NCBI GenBank assembly: GCA_963702845.1 | Contig: OY969763.1 | Span: 3,936,001-4,000,000, forward strand | DNA: 64,000 nt | Source of the DNA: an uncultured Verrucomicrobiae bacterium | GTDB taxonomy: Bacteria; Verrucomicrobiota; Verrucomicrobiia; Limisphaerales; Palsa-1400 | Reading direction: 5' to 3' | In this document: positions 9,966 to 19,669 of the stretch, in pieces | Numbering within the stretch: position 1 is the stretch's first letter | How the letters are laid out: each line of letters starts with the position of its first letter | Program-made: the position numbers and the translations under genes | Notes under the pieces: generated by a model | What the model was told of the DNA's origin: nothing | Database searches by the model: none | The model's input: only the letters and a program-made list of their open reading frames with translations

Positions 9966-11678
9966 ATGACTTTACCCAATATTCTACGGATCACGGCCCT
10001 GGCCGCTGCTGCGAACCTTCTGGTCGCCAGCGCCGACGCCAAGCTCGATTTCGTCAAAGACGTCAAACCCCTCCTCGAACAAAACTGCGTCTCCTGCCAC
10101 AACGAAAAGCACGCCGAAGAAAACGGCGGTTACCGACTCGACAACAAAGCCGGTGCGTTCAAGGCAAAGAGCAATCGCCAACGAATTCTTCCCCGTCATC
10201 CTGAGGACAGCATGGTCTACAAAACTCTTCTCTTGCCGAAGGAAGACGACAAACACATGCCGTGGGCGCCCGATCCGAAGGACCGCCAACAACTGCCGCA
10301 GAACGATATCAACACGATCAAAACCTGGATTGCCGAGGGCGCTGAATGGCCCGACAACCTGACGCTTACCAACGTCCTGAAGATCAATTTCGCGCGCGAC
10401 ATCGTCCCCATCCTCGAAAAAGCCGGACCTGTCGCAGCTGCTGATATCGTCACACTCCGCCTGTGGCTTGATCAAGGCGCAGTCTGGCCGAACGACGTAA
10501 AGGTTCCCGCCGCGAAGAAAAGCCCCAAAGTCGCCGCTGGCGCAACGATTGATTTCTCACGCGACGTTCTGCCGATTTTCGAAAACGGCGCTCCTCTCTC
10601 CAAAGCGGACATCGCAACCTTGCGTAAGTGGGTCGCTCAAGGCGCGCTTTGGCCGGAGAACGCCACCATCAGCGGCAAAAAAGGCGGCAAGGAAATGACT
10701 CTCATCGAAGAAATCCGCAAAAAAGTGATGCAGGTCAGCACGGAACAAACCGCCGCCGATATGAAGCCCTACACGAATACGATTGCCGGGACGACCGTCA
10801 ATTACGCCATGGTTCCGATTCCCGGTGGTGAATTCATGATGGGCAGCCCCGAATCTGAACCCAAGAGTTCCGCTGACGAACATCCGCAGCACAAAGTGAA
10901 GATTGACCCGTTCTGGATGGAACAGCACGAAGTCACCTGGAACGAATACGAACTCTGGATGTATCCCGACGAAAACAAGCCTCACAACACTAGCGTTACC
11001 ACCAATTACACCAGCGAATCAGCCGACGCCGTCACGCGCCCGACTAAGCCCTATGTCGAAATGAGCTTCGGCATGGGCAAAGACGGCTATCCGGCCATCA
11101 GCATGACGCAACATGCGGCCAACAAATATTGCCAATGGCTCAGCGCCAAAACCGGCCACTTCTATCGTTTGCCGACTGAAGCCGAGTGGGAATACGCCTG
11201 CCGCGCCGGAACGACAACCGCTTACTCCTTCGGCGATGATGCGTCGAAAATCGGCGAGTATGCGTGGTTCGGCGACAACAGCGATTTGAAATATCAAAAG
11301 GTCGGCAAGAAAAAGCCCAATCCGTGGGGCCTCTACGACATGCACGGCAACGTCGCCGAATGGTGCCTCGATCAATACGATCCCGATTACTACAAACAAT
11401 TCGCCAACACCGTCTCAACGGAACCCTGGAATGTCGCCAAAAAGCCGTATCCACACGCCGTCCGTGGCGGTTCATGGGATGCCGATGCCGATCGCCTTCG
11501 TAGCGCCTCACGCACCAACTCCAGTCCCGCGTGGAAAATGCAGGATCCGCAATTGCCCAAGAGCATTTGGTATTTGACCGATGCCCAATTCGTCGGCTTC
11601 CGCGTCATTCGTCCGCTCAAGGTGCCGACGGCAGAAGAAATGTTTAAATATTGGAACAGCGGCGTAGAAAAAGAATGA
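9966..11678 (+). CDS. Exported protein: Planctomycete-type cytochrome c domain + two heme-less mini-repeats + FGE/SUMF1-like domain
   Basis: Signal peptide; DFVKDVKPLLEQNCVSCH...HMP...IKTWIAEGAEWP; C-terminal IPGGEFMMGS, HEVTW, RLPTEAEWEYACRAG, NPWGLYDMHGNVAEW, RGGSW, GFR. ORF is open from 9891; start uncertain. Confidence 0.88.
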   Translation: MTLPNILRITALAAAANLLVASADAKLDFVKDVKPLLEQNCVSCHNEKHAEENGGYRLDNKAGAFKAKSNRQRILPRHPEDSMVYKTLLLPKEDDKHMPWAPDPKDRQQLPQNDINTIKTWIAEGAEWPDNLTLTNVLKINFARDIVPILEKAGPVAAADIVTLRLWLDQGAVWPNDVKVPAAKKSPKVAAGATIDFSRDVLPIFENGAPLSKADIATLRKWVAQGALWPENATISGKKGGKEMTLIEEIRKKVMQVSTEQTAADMKPYTNTIAGTTVNYAMVPIPGGEFMMGSPESEPKSSADEHPQHKVKIDPFWMEQHEVTWNEYELWMYPDENKPHNTSVTTNYTSESADAVTRPTKPYVEMSFGMGKDGYPAISMTQHAANKYCQWLSAKTGHFYRLPTEAEWEYACRAGTTTAYSFGDDASKIGEYAWFGDNSDLKYQKVGKKKPNPWGLYDMHGNVAEWCLDQYDPDYYKQFANTVSTEPWNVAKKPYPHAVRGGSWDADADRLRSASRTNSSPAWKMQDPQLPKSIWYLTDAQFVGFRVIRPLKVPTAEEMFKYWNSGVEKE

Positions 11679-11721
11679 CGTGACGCCAACGAACTTGATA
11701 CCGTTTTGCCAAATACCCCGT

Positions 11722-11749
11722 CTGAAGACTGAAAACTGAAAACTAACAA
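11722..11749. repeat. Short imperfect 7-bp tandem repeat (CTGAAAA)
   Basis: ctgaaga ctgaaaa ctgaaaa ctaacaa, in the spacer before the oxidoreductase gene. Confidence 0.55.
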
Positions 11750-11758
11750 ACTCGCTTT

Positions 11759-13165
11759 ATGACACCCCAAGATCCAAAAGGCCAATACAGCCGTCGCAAT
11801 TTCCTCAAGACAACTGGCGCAGCTGCCGCAGGTGGTTCCATCTTGATCCCCCTTGCTGGCTGTCACACTCCGGAAAAGAAAACCACTCTCGCAACTGTCG
11901 CCACTGCGGCAGCCGCCACTCCCGTTTTCGCCCAACACACCGACACCTTGAAAATCGCGCTCATCGGTTGCGGTGGCCGCGGCACTGGCGCTTGCGGTCA
12001 GGCCTTGAACACCGAAGGGCCGGTCAAACTCGTCGCCATGGCCGACGTCTTTCGCGATCGTCTCGATAGCGCCTTGAACACGCTCAAAGACGAAGTGACC
12101 AAGCGCAACCAACCCGAGCGCATCGACGTTCCCGAAGAAAACAAATTCGTCGGCTTTGACGCTTATAAAAAGGCCATTGCTCTTGCCGACGTCGTCATCC
12201 TTGCGACACCTCCCGGTTTCCGCCCGATGACCTTCGAAGAAGCCGTCAAACAAGGCAAAAACATTTTCATGGAAAAACCGGTCGCAGTTGATGCTCCCGG
12301 TATTCGTAGAGTCCTCGCCGCTGCCCAGGAAGCGAAAGCGAAGAATTTGAAAGTAGGCGTCGGTCTCCAACGCCATCATCAAGCTGGCTATATCGAATCA
12401 CTCAAGCGCATTCACGACGGCGCCATTGGTGACGTCGTCGCCATGCGCGCCTACTGGAATGGAAACACGCCTTGGGTCCACCCTCGCGCCAAACTGGAAG
12501 AAGAGGCCGGTCGCAAACTGACCGAAATGGAATACCAGATGCGCAACTGGTATTACTTCGTCTGGATCTGCGGCGATCACATCGTCGAACAACACATCCA
12601 CAACCTCGACGTCATCAACTGGATTAAAGGCGGTCACCCTGTCAAAGCCCGTGGTAACGGCGGTTGCGAAACTCGCAGAGGCAAAGATTACGGTGAAATT
12701 TTCGACCATCACGTCGTCGAGTTCGAATACGCCGACGGTTCGGTGTGCTTCAGCCAATGCCGCCATCAACAAGGTTGCTGGAACGAAGTTGCTGAGTACG
12801 CCATCGGCACCAAAGGCAAAGCCAATTTGAGCGACGGACGCTGGACAATCACCGGCACTGAGAAATGGATGCACAAAGCCAAGGACAAGCGCGAAAAATA
12901 TCAGCAGGAACACGACGATCTTTTCGCCGCCATCCGCAGCAACACGCCTTACAACGAAGTTGAATACGGCGCGCATAGCACGATGACGTCAATCTTCGGT
13001 CGTATGGCTACCTATTCTGGTAAAGAACTCGATTGGGATGCCGCCATCGCGTCGAACATCGACACCATGCCCAAGACGCTCGCGTGGGATGCAGAAACTC
13101 CCACAAAACCCGGAGCCGACGGCATGTATCAATTGGCCATTCCCGGCCAAACCGTGACCGTATAA
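11759..13165 (+). CDS. Gfo/Idh/MocA family oxidoreductase with Tat signal and possible lipobox
   Basis: SRRNFLK twin-arginine motif, LAGC lipobox-like site, Rossmann GCGGRGTGA, EKPVAVD, GLQRHH, EQHIHNLD. Confidence 0.92.
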   Translation: MTPQDPKGQYSRRNFLKTTGAAAAGGSILIPLAGCHTPEKKTTLATVATAAAATPVFAQHTDTLKIALIGCGGRGTGACGQALNTEGPVKLVAMADVFRDRLDSALNTLKDEVTKRNQPERIDVPEENKFVGFDAYKKAIALADVVILATPPGFRPMTFEEAVKQGKNIFMEKPVAVDAPGIRRVLAAAQEAKAKNLKVGVGLQRHHQAGYIESLKRIHDGAIGDVVAMRAYWNGNTPWVHPRAKLEEEAGRKLTEMEYQMRNWYYFVWICGDHIVEQHIHNLDVINWIKGGHPVKARGNGGCETRRGKDYGEIFDHHVVEFEYADGSVCFSQCRHQQGCWNEVAEYAIGTKGKANLSDGRWTITGTEKWMHKAKDKREKYQQEHDDLFAAIRSNTPYNEVEYGAHSTMTSIFGRMATYSGKELDWDAAIASNIDTMPKTLAWDAETPTKPGADGMYQLAIPGQTVTV

Positions 13166-13182
13166 CACGCAGTCCAAATTCT

Positions 13183-13264
13183 GTCCCGAAGGGACATGTG
13201 AGAATAGCCCGGCGTTTTTAACGCCGGGCTATTCATTTGTGGGGAAAATAAGTCCCGACGGGAC
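13183..13264. repeat. REP-like composite palindrome, probably acting as a bidirectional terminator between convergent genes
   Basis: GTCCCGAAGGGAC (13183-13195), a perfect 15-bp inverted repeat GAATAGCCCGGCGTT-TTT-AACGCCGGGCTATTC (13202-13234), and GTCCCGACGGGAC (13252-13264). Confidence 0.75.
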
Positions 13265-13275
13265 GGCTGAAAAAA

Positions 13276-14322
13276 TCACTCTACGCGACTCGGAAACCTC
13301 GGCGACTGCACCCGCTGTACAACATCCCCCGGCTCCCTCAAAATCCGCACCAAAACCCCAGAAACCGATCGCGCGAACTTCATCCCCTCGAGCGGCCCAA
13401 GCACACTCACCGGCTTCGAAACCGCATCCGCCGTCGTCGCATCCGGCGCGATCACCGTCACCAAACTATGATCCGTCAAACCAACCCCGGTCCGCGGATC
13501 CACAATGTGCGAATAACGTTTCCCATCGATTTCAAGCCGCTGAAACATATCCCCCGAAGTCGCGAGCCCACAATTTTTAATCAACACGAATTCTTTCGCA
13601 GCATTCGTCTCCACAGACGACAGTTCCACCTTCCAACCGTCTTTCCCAGGAGGAACGTCACTCACCGCCATATCACCACCACCAGAAACCAACGCCCGCA
13701 CCACGCCATTTGTTTTCAGCACCTTCATCGCTGCATCCAACGCGTAGCCTTTGCCGATCCCGCCAACGTCCAATCGCATGTCAGGAACCAGCAATTCCAC
13801 CGTGCGTTCCTTGGGATTCAATCGCACCTTTTTGTATCCAACCGCTTTGCGCGCGCGTTCCAATTTAACCGGATCCGGCAATCGCTTCACCTGTCGAGCA
13901 TATCGCCAAAGATTCACCACCGGGCCAACCGTCACGTCGAACGCTCCCCGGCTTTTCTCCGAAAAAAACTGCGCTCGAGATAAAACATTCCAAAGATCGT
14001 CACTCACATGCACAGCCCTGCCGGAACCAGACGTGTGCGACAACCGGCTCAGTTCACTATCCGAATCGTAATCGCTAAGAATATCGTTGAGCTGTTTGAC
14101 GCGCGCGAATGCAGCCCCCGAAGCACGCTGAGCCTGCGCTGAATCATTGGCATAGAGGACTATTCGAAACGGCAATCCCATTTCCGTCTCGCTGAATTCA
14201 AACCGTTGCAGTTTTTCTCCAGCAACACCCGCGATCGAAAACGCGAGGCAAACAACTAATGCAATAAATCTCACAAAACTGTCTCGTAGCAACTGATGTA
14301 AGGAAGCTCTAACTCGCCACAT
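13276..14322 (-). CDS. apbE: FAD:protein FMN transferase ApbE
   Basis: MGLPFRI, SELSRL, GAFDVTVGP, LDVGGIGKGYA, GGD, ATSGD, RYSHIVDPRTG, ADA motifs; signal peptide. Confidence 0.93.
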   Translation of the reverse strand: MWRVRASLHQLLRDSFVRFIALVVCLAFSIAGVAGEKLQRFEFSETEMGLPFRIVLYANDSAQAQRASGAAFARVKQLNDILSDYDSDSELSRLSHTSGSGRAVHVSDDLWNVLSRAQFFSEKSRGAFDVTVGPVVNLWRYARQVKRLPDPVKLERARKAVGYKKVRLNPKERTVELLVPDMRLDVGGIGKGYALDAAMKVLKTNGVVRALVSGGGDMAVSDVPPGKDGWKVELSSVETNAAKEFVLIKNCGLATSGDMFQRLEIDGKRYSHIVDPRTGVGLTDHSLVTVIAPDATTADAVSKPVSVLGPLEGMKFARSVSGVLVRILREPGDVVQRVQSPRFPSRVE

Positions 14323-14370
14323 AGCGCGCGCCGAATAAATTAGAGCGTCCTAACGCCTGCCGCTACCAAT

Positions 14371-15720
14371 TTATTGAGCCTTCGCTTTCTTCGCTTGCTT
14401 CTTCAATTTGTGAGCATGCCGACCCGAGCCGTCGCCATCATCCTGCTTCCCGCCGGCAGGATTCAATTTGTCCAACACCGCCTGCAAACGTTCACGGGCG
14501 GCTTTGGTTTCATCGTTGTCGTTTGTGGAAGTGATCGGCTTTTCTTCGTAAGGCGCATCGCTCAAATCAAAAAGTTCCCCGCCTTTCGTGAGTTTGTAAC
14601 GCCCATCGCGCACATACCATTTGTTGCCAAGTTCAACAAACACCCAATTGCGCGACTTGCCCTTCTCGCCCCGAATCTGCGCAGCGAAACTGCGACCATC
14701 CATTGTTACGCCATCGGGCAACTTCGCTCCAGCAATCTCCGCAATCGTCGGAACAAAATCACTGAAATCGGTTAGGTCATTGTTCACCACTCCCGGCGGA
14801 GTCGTGCCCGGCCAATTCACGATCAACGGCACACGGCTTCCGCCCTCCAGCAATTCACCTTTATGTCCATTAATATGGCGGTCGTTCAATGTCGAACGGT
14901 CCGAATCCTTATGAGCCGTGCCGTTGTCGCCTGCGAACAACACCAAAGTTTTCTCGCGCAATTTCAAGGCATCCAATTCATCCATCAATTTTCCAACGAG
15001 CTCGTCCATATAAGTAATGTTCTCGGCGAAAAGATCTTTGCTCTCAGGAGTGCTGTCCGGCGTTTGGCGCATCGGCTCGTGAATGTGTACCATCGGATAA
15101 TAAAGAAAGAACGGCTCGTCCCGATGTTTGCGAATGAAGTTGACGGCGAACTCGTGGACCAGGTCCGGCATGTATTCTTTAGCGTGCAGTGTTTTCGTCA
15201 CGCCGTTTACGGTGTAGAGCGTCTTGGCATTGGGCTTGTCCTTATTTTGACCGGCATGATCGCCCTTCCAGTAAACGCCGCTGCCTTGAAAACGGAAATA
15301 TTCGTCGAACCCAAAATCACCTGGCTGGAGCGGTAATTGCCCCCATTTACCGGAAGACGCGCTGACGTAGCCTGCAGGCTTCAAAATTTTCGCAATCATC
15401 ATCTCGTTCTGAGGCTTGACCAACAACCCGCTGTCATTCCCCGTCATACCTGTTTGGAACGCGTATCGGCCGGTCAACAACTCACACCGCGACGGCCCGC
15501 ACAGCGGTGCTGCATACGAATACGTGAAACGCGTCCCCGCTTTAGCCATCGCATCAATGTGCGGCGTCTTAAACTTGTCCGCACCGTAACAACTGATGTT
15601 CCCCAAACCAACATCGTCAGAAAGGATCAGGATAATGTTTGGCTTCGACGCCTTCTCCGCTGCCTGACAACTGAGCGCAACAACGCAAAAAAGCACGATC
15701 GCGGTAACGAGGGATCTCAT
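14371..15720 (-). CDS. Arylsulfatase-like sulfatase (Cys-type formylglycine)
   Basis: PNIILILSDD, CGPSR (CxPxR), LLTGRY, GKW, GDNG, GSRVPLIV; signal peptide. Confidence 0.92.
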   Translation of the reverse strand: MRSLVTAIVLFCVVALSCQAAEKASKPNIILILSDDVGLGNISCYGADKFKTPHIDAMAKAGTRFTYSYAAPLCGPSRCELLTGRYAFQTGMTGNDSGLLVKPQNEMMIAKILKPAGYVSASSGKWGQLPLQPGDFGFDEYFRFQGSGVYWKGDHAGQNKDKPNAKTLYTVNGVTKTLHAKEYMPDLVHEFAVNFIRKHRDEPFFLYYPMVHIHEPMRQTPDSTPESKDLFAENITYMDELVGKLMDELDALKLREKTLVLFAGDNGTAHKDSDRSTLNDRHINGHKGELLEGGSRVPLIVNWPGTTPPGVVNNDLTDFSDFVPTIAEIAGAKLPDGVTMDGRSFAAQIRGEKGKSRNWVFVELGNKWYVRDGRYKLTKGGELFDLSDAPYEEKPITSTNDNDETKAARERLQAVLDKLNPAGGKQDDGDGSGRHAHKLKKQAKKAKAQ

Positions 15721-15898
15721 GGCTTTGCAGACGCAATCCAATCCATCGAAGTTACGCATTACCAGGTTAGGCGTTCCCCATTGCGGTGTCGTAGAATATT
15801 ACCGTATGTTTGCTGCATGACGCTTGCCGAGCTCCAGCGAAAACCTGCCGCACTTCACGCAAAAAATTTGTAACTGCAGTGCAAAAACGTACAAGCTG

Positions 15899-16861
15899 AT
15901 GACCACCCCTCTGCTCGACATCAAAAATCTCCAAATCGATTTCACCTCGAATGACGAAACGGTTCGGGCGGTCGATGGAGTTTCACTATCGATTGCAGCA
16001 GGAGAGACACTGTGCATCGTCGGCGAAAGCGGATGTGGTAAAAGCGCAACCGCGCTTTCGATTGCCCGTCTCCTGCCAACCCCACCAGCACGATTTTCCG
16101 GCGGCGAAATTCTGGTCGAAGGAAAGGATGTGCTCAAAGTCTCGAAGGCCGACTTGCGCCGCATTCGCGGACGCGTCGTCAGTTACGTTTTCCAGGACGC
16201 GAGTGTCTCGCTCAATCCTGTTTTCCAGATCGGCACGCAAATCAAAGAAATGCTCAAACTGCATCGACCTGAAGTTGCCAACGACGACGAAGTCGTCCGT
16301 TTGTTAAAGCTGGTCGGCATTCCCGCCCCCGAATCGCGCTTAAAAAATTATCCGCACGAAATGTCCGGTGGAATGCAACAGCGCGTGATGATTGCGATGG
16401 CGTTGGCGTCGCAGCCTAAGTTGCTGATTGCTGACGAACCGACGACCGCCCTCGACGTCACGATCCAGGCGCAGATTTTGGAACTGCTCAGAGAGCTTAA
16501 GCAACGCCTCGGCATGAGCCTGCTTCTCATCACCCACAACTTGGGAATCGTTGGCGAAATCGCCGACCGCGTTGCCGTGATGTATGCAGGTCAAATCGTA
16601 GAGATAGCGCCGGCGCGCGATTTGTTAAAACGTCCTTTGCATCCCTACACCCGCGCGCTGATGAATTCAGTGCCAAAGCTCGGAGCCGACGTTGATCGTC
16701 TCACTGCCATTTCCGGAACCGTGCCACGACCAGTCAACTTTCCCAAAGGCTGCCGGTTTTTTCCCCGCTGCCCAAGCGCAAAGCCAGAGTGCGCAAACAC
16801 CATGCCGGAGTTGGTCGAAGTCGAACCGCAACGATGGTTACGGTGTTTATATCAAACCTAA
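15899..16861 (+). CDS. Oligopeptide/dipeptide ABC transporter ATP-binding subunit (OppD/DppD-like)
   Basis: [31 protein letters not shown] and C-terminal GCRFFPRC. Confidence 0.93.
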   Translation: MTTPLLDIKNLQIDFTSNDETVRAVDGVSLSIAAGETLCIVGESGCGKSATALSIARLLPTPPARFSGGEILVEGKDVLKVSKADLRRIRGRVVSYVFQDASVSLNPVFQIGTQIKEMLKLHRPEVANDDEVVRLLKLVGIPAPESRLKNYPHEMSGGMQQRVMIAMALASQPKLLIADEPTTALDVTIQAQILELLRELKQRLGMSLLLITHNLGIVGEIADRVAVMYAGQIVEIAPARDLLKRPLHPYTRALMNSVPKLGADVDRLTAISGTVPRPVNFPKGCRFFPRCPSAKPECANTMPELVEVEPQRWLRCLYQT

Positions 16862-18638
16862 AGTTTTAGCGGGTAACTCCAAACCCAGTCTCCGGCCGTT
16901 TCAGTGTCGCGCACAACTCCACCATCATCCTTTTCGTTCCAACCCAAAGAATATAGGGAAAACCCTTCTTCTCTGCGACTGTAGTGCAGCGGCTCGCCAT
17001 TCACGATATCGACTGGGATTGTGTCGGCGTATACAGGCATCAGTGCTTTCAGATTTCCGGAAATCGTCCGTTCGCCAAACGGTAACGCTCAAGCGCGCAC
17101 GCCAAATAACAACAATTCACATAGGTTTGATTGCGGCCCATCGTTGATATCGCTTTCATGAAATTTGGAAGCGCCATCGAAGCCAAAAACTGATACGGCC
17201 GCAGCGGGCCCCTAAGTTTGCTTTCAAACGTCGTGAATGCATTGGCCCGTTGTGGCGATATCCTGCCATGCGGCGAATTAACGCAGTCCACCAGTTGCTG
17301 AAGGATCATCGCATCCAAAACCATGTTTTGCTGACGCCAGCCCCGTGGAACCGTTAGCATCACAAGATAGAACGGACTCCGACAACGTTGCCAAAAATCG
17401 TTATCTTTGAATTTAGAATCGAACATTTTCGCCAGTTCGCGAGCCGAGCTTTGTTCAAAAAGTTGGCATTCAGCCGCGCGTTCGGATTGGAAGGACGTTT
17501 GAAGAAGCGGAGGCAGACTGACCTCCTCCAATTGCGCTTCGAGAACTTTCAGTTCTGCATCGTGCCAGGCGTGAAGACGCAAACCGTCGGCAACGACGTT
17601 TACATACACGCCCTGGATAGCGACATTGATCATCGCGGCTACGAGTGTCATCGGCTTGCCACTTGGCCGAGCTTCCAACGTGCGGCATAGATTATGGATA
17701 AACGTCAGTTGTTCGAGCGCTTTGTCCGGCTGATTTAGAACGAGGTAACATTGCGCGCGTTGACAAAGCGTCTGGGATATTTGTCGAAGCGTCACAAAAT
17801 TGGGGATTGGACTGTTGAACGCATGTTCGTAATCGCCGTCCATCCGAGCAAACGGTCGACTGAGCGCCGCGCGGATCGGGTCGAAATGCGGATCAATCTC
17901 GTCGCACCATCGCAAGTAATCTGCGGCCAGATAAAAACCGCTGTTGGAAACCAGCCGGAACGAATCCTTCGCCACGGTTTCAATTTTCAAATCAGCAGCG
18001 CGACCGTCCTTGGCCCCAACTGAAAAAAATGCGCGACCGGGAGCAAACAGTTTTTGCAAGTCGAGCCCGGAAAACGATTTCTCGGATTGAACGAAAATGG
18101 TGCTGATATGTTGCTGGTCAGGACTTCGATCAAGAAGCGTAAATTTCATCGAACCAACTGTGAATCGACCCAAAACATTCTTAATAAACGCTTCTGTTTT
18201 CGTGGGTGCCTCTGGGTCGTCAATTTGAATCAAAAGATCACTTCCTTTTAGCGGGGCCTTTGGATCCGCATGAATGACCGCGATGTCCGCAACGACAATA
18301 GGATCTTTGGCAACAGGCAACTGGCCGATGGCTTTTGAAAGCTCGGTGGCGCCGCGCCCCGTCAGCCACTCAGCCATCTTCGGCGCCTTGAAGAAGTTCT
18401 GTTCGTCCAGCACGGGTGGAGGAATGAAAGCATTCCAATCAACACTTTCGCCTTTCGCCTCAATTTCACGTTTACACTTTTCCCAGGCCCGTTTGCCGCG
18501 CCAATCTTCTACGGCATAGAATCCAGCCACTACTGTGATAAAACCGACCAGGACGAGAAGGCGACGTCGCCACCGGGTCAGATTCAAATGAGGGTTGTTG
18601 GTTTCGATATTTGGGGAGTTATTCATGTCGTTATCCAA
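16858..18638 (-). CDS. Uncharacterised membrane-anchored exported protein (about 590 aa, frameshift near 17050)
   Basis: N-terminal TM (RRRLLVLVGFITVVAGFYAVEDWRG). The C-terminus ALERYRLANGRFP continues in another frame as IPVDIVNGEPLHY...LYSLGWNEKDDGG...DWVW. Confidence 0.75.
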
Positions 18639-19050
18639 TGGAAATCAACCGCGCCTCACTGCGTGGAGAGATGGGACGTGGCTTTGGACGATCGATCGGC
18701 TCGGGCACAGACGGCTTCATTAATTCTGCCAATATGGTCTGTTGTTCCTTCCACCGAACGCCCACCTCAATTGAGATTCCGCCTTTGGCCTCACGAATGC
18801 CGCTGTGATCTGCAGTCACGACCCAAGTCGTCAGAATCATCACCCAAGCGAAGGCGTAACCAAGCCAGATGCGTCGCGCGGGAAGAACCAATTCACTCCA
18901 AAGCAGTTCGACGAGCGATCTCCTATCGCGTTCCCTGACCTCGTTCGACCTGCTTCCAAGCGTTTGAGCGATCACGTCCGCCTGAATTTGTTTCAGCCGC
19001 GCATCGGCTGACTGATGTTGTTCACGTAAAATTTGACGCGGAGTTTTCAT
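18631..19050 (-). CDS. Small single-TM protein, putative anti-sigma factor
   Basis: ATGA overlap with the upstream ECF sigma stop; one TM (IWLGYAFAWVMILTTWVV). Confidence 0.65.
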   Translation of the reverse strand: MKTPRQILREQHQSADARLKQIQADVIAQTLGSRSNEVRERDRRSLVELLWSELVLPARRIWLGYAFAWVMILTTWVVTADHSGIREAKGGISIEVGVRWKEQQTILAELMKPSVPEPIDRPKPRPISPRSEARLISIG

Positions 19051-19601
19051 ACACCTCTTTCCTTCCACAATCGTTTAAGTGCTTTCTTTCCGTAATGCAG
19101 CCGCGATTTGACGGTGCCAATCGAAACCTCGGTGCTGGCTGCGATTTCTTCGAGAGACAGTTCATCGAGAAAAAACAATACGATCACGGATCGTTGCACG
19201 GTCGGAACGTCTGCCAGGAGATTTAGGAAGTCTCGTTTCTGTTCTTCACGAACGAGCATTTCGCGCGGATCGGGTTCGAATTGGGCTGCATCCTCTTCCA
19301 ACCCATCAAATGCGGCTTGTTCGCGTTCGCTCTTACGCCAGAGTTGAATGCATTTCTGGTGCGCAATCCCGAACAGCCAACTCGCGAACTTGCCATCGTC
19401 GCGCAAACTGCCGATATGGCGGATCGCGCTGATCATCGTTTCCTGCACGATGTCGAAAGCCGCCTGTTCATTTCGAATGCTCTCAAAAACATAAACAAAC
19501 AAAGGCAAGCGGTAACGCTGGAACAACACATTCCAAGCGTCGGCATCTCCATTTCTGGCTTGCGATACAGGTAACTGTTCGCGTTCGCTCACTCCTGCCA
19601 T
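19047..19601 (-). CDS. ECF RNA polymerase sigma factor
   Basis: DIVQETM...FASWLFGIAHQK and LSLEEIA...GTVKSRLHYGKKAL. Confidence 0.93.
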   Translation of the reverse strand: MAGVSEREQLPVSQARNGDADAWNVLFQRYRLPLFVYVFESIRNEQAAFDIVQETMISAIRHIGSLRDDGKFASWLFGIAHQKCIQLWRKSEREQAAFDGLEEDAAQFEPDPREMLVREEQKRDFLNLLADVPTVQRSVIVLFFLDELSLEEIAASTEVSIGTVKSRLHYGKKALKRLWKERGV

Positions 19602-19669
19602 TTACAGACAGTGGAATGGCGAAAGCGAGAAAAGGTTCAACGCTTCGATAATTAGTTTATTGCAACCAC

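Noticed and set aside
11390..12976. Long antisense ORFs (330 aa, 192 aa) and similar shadow ORFs elsewhere
   Set aside because: They mirror well-supported genes on the opposite strand and carry no recognisable motifs.
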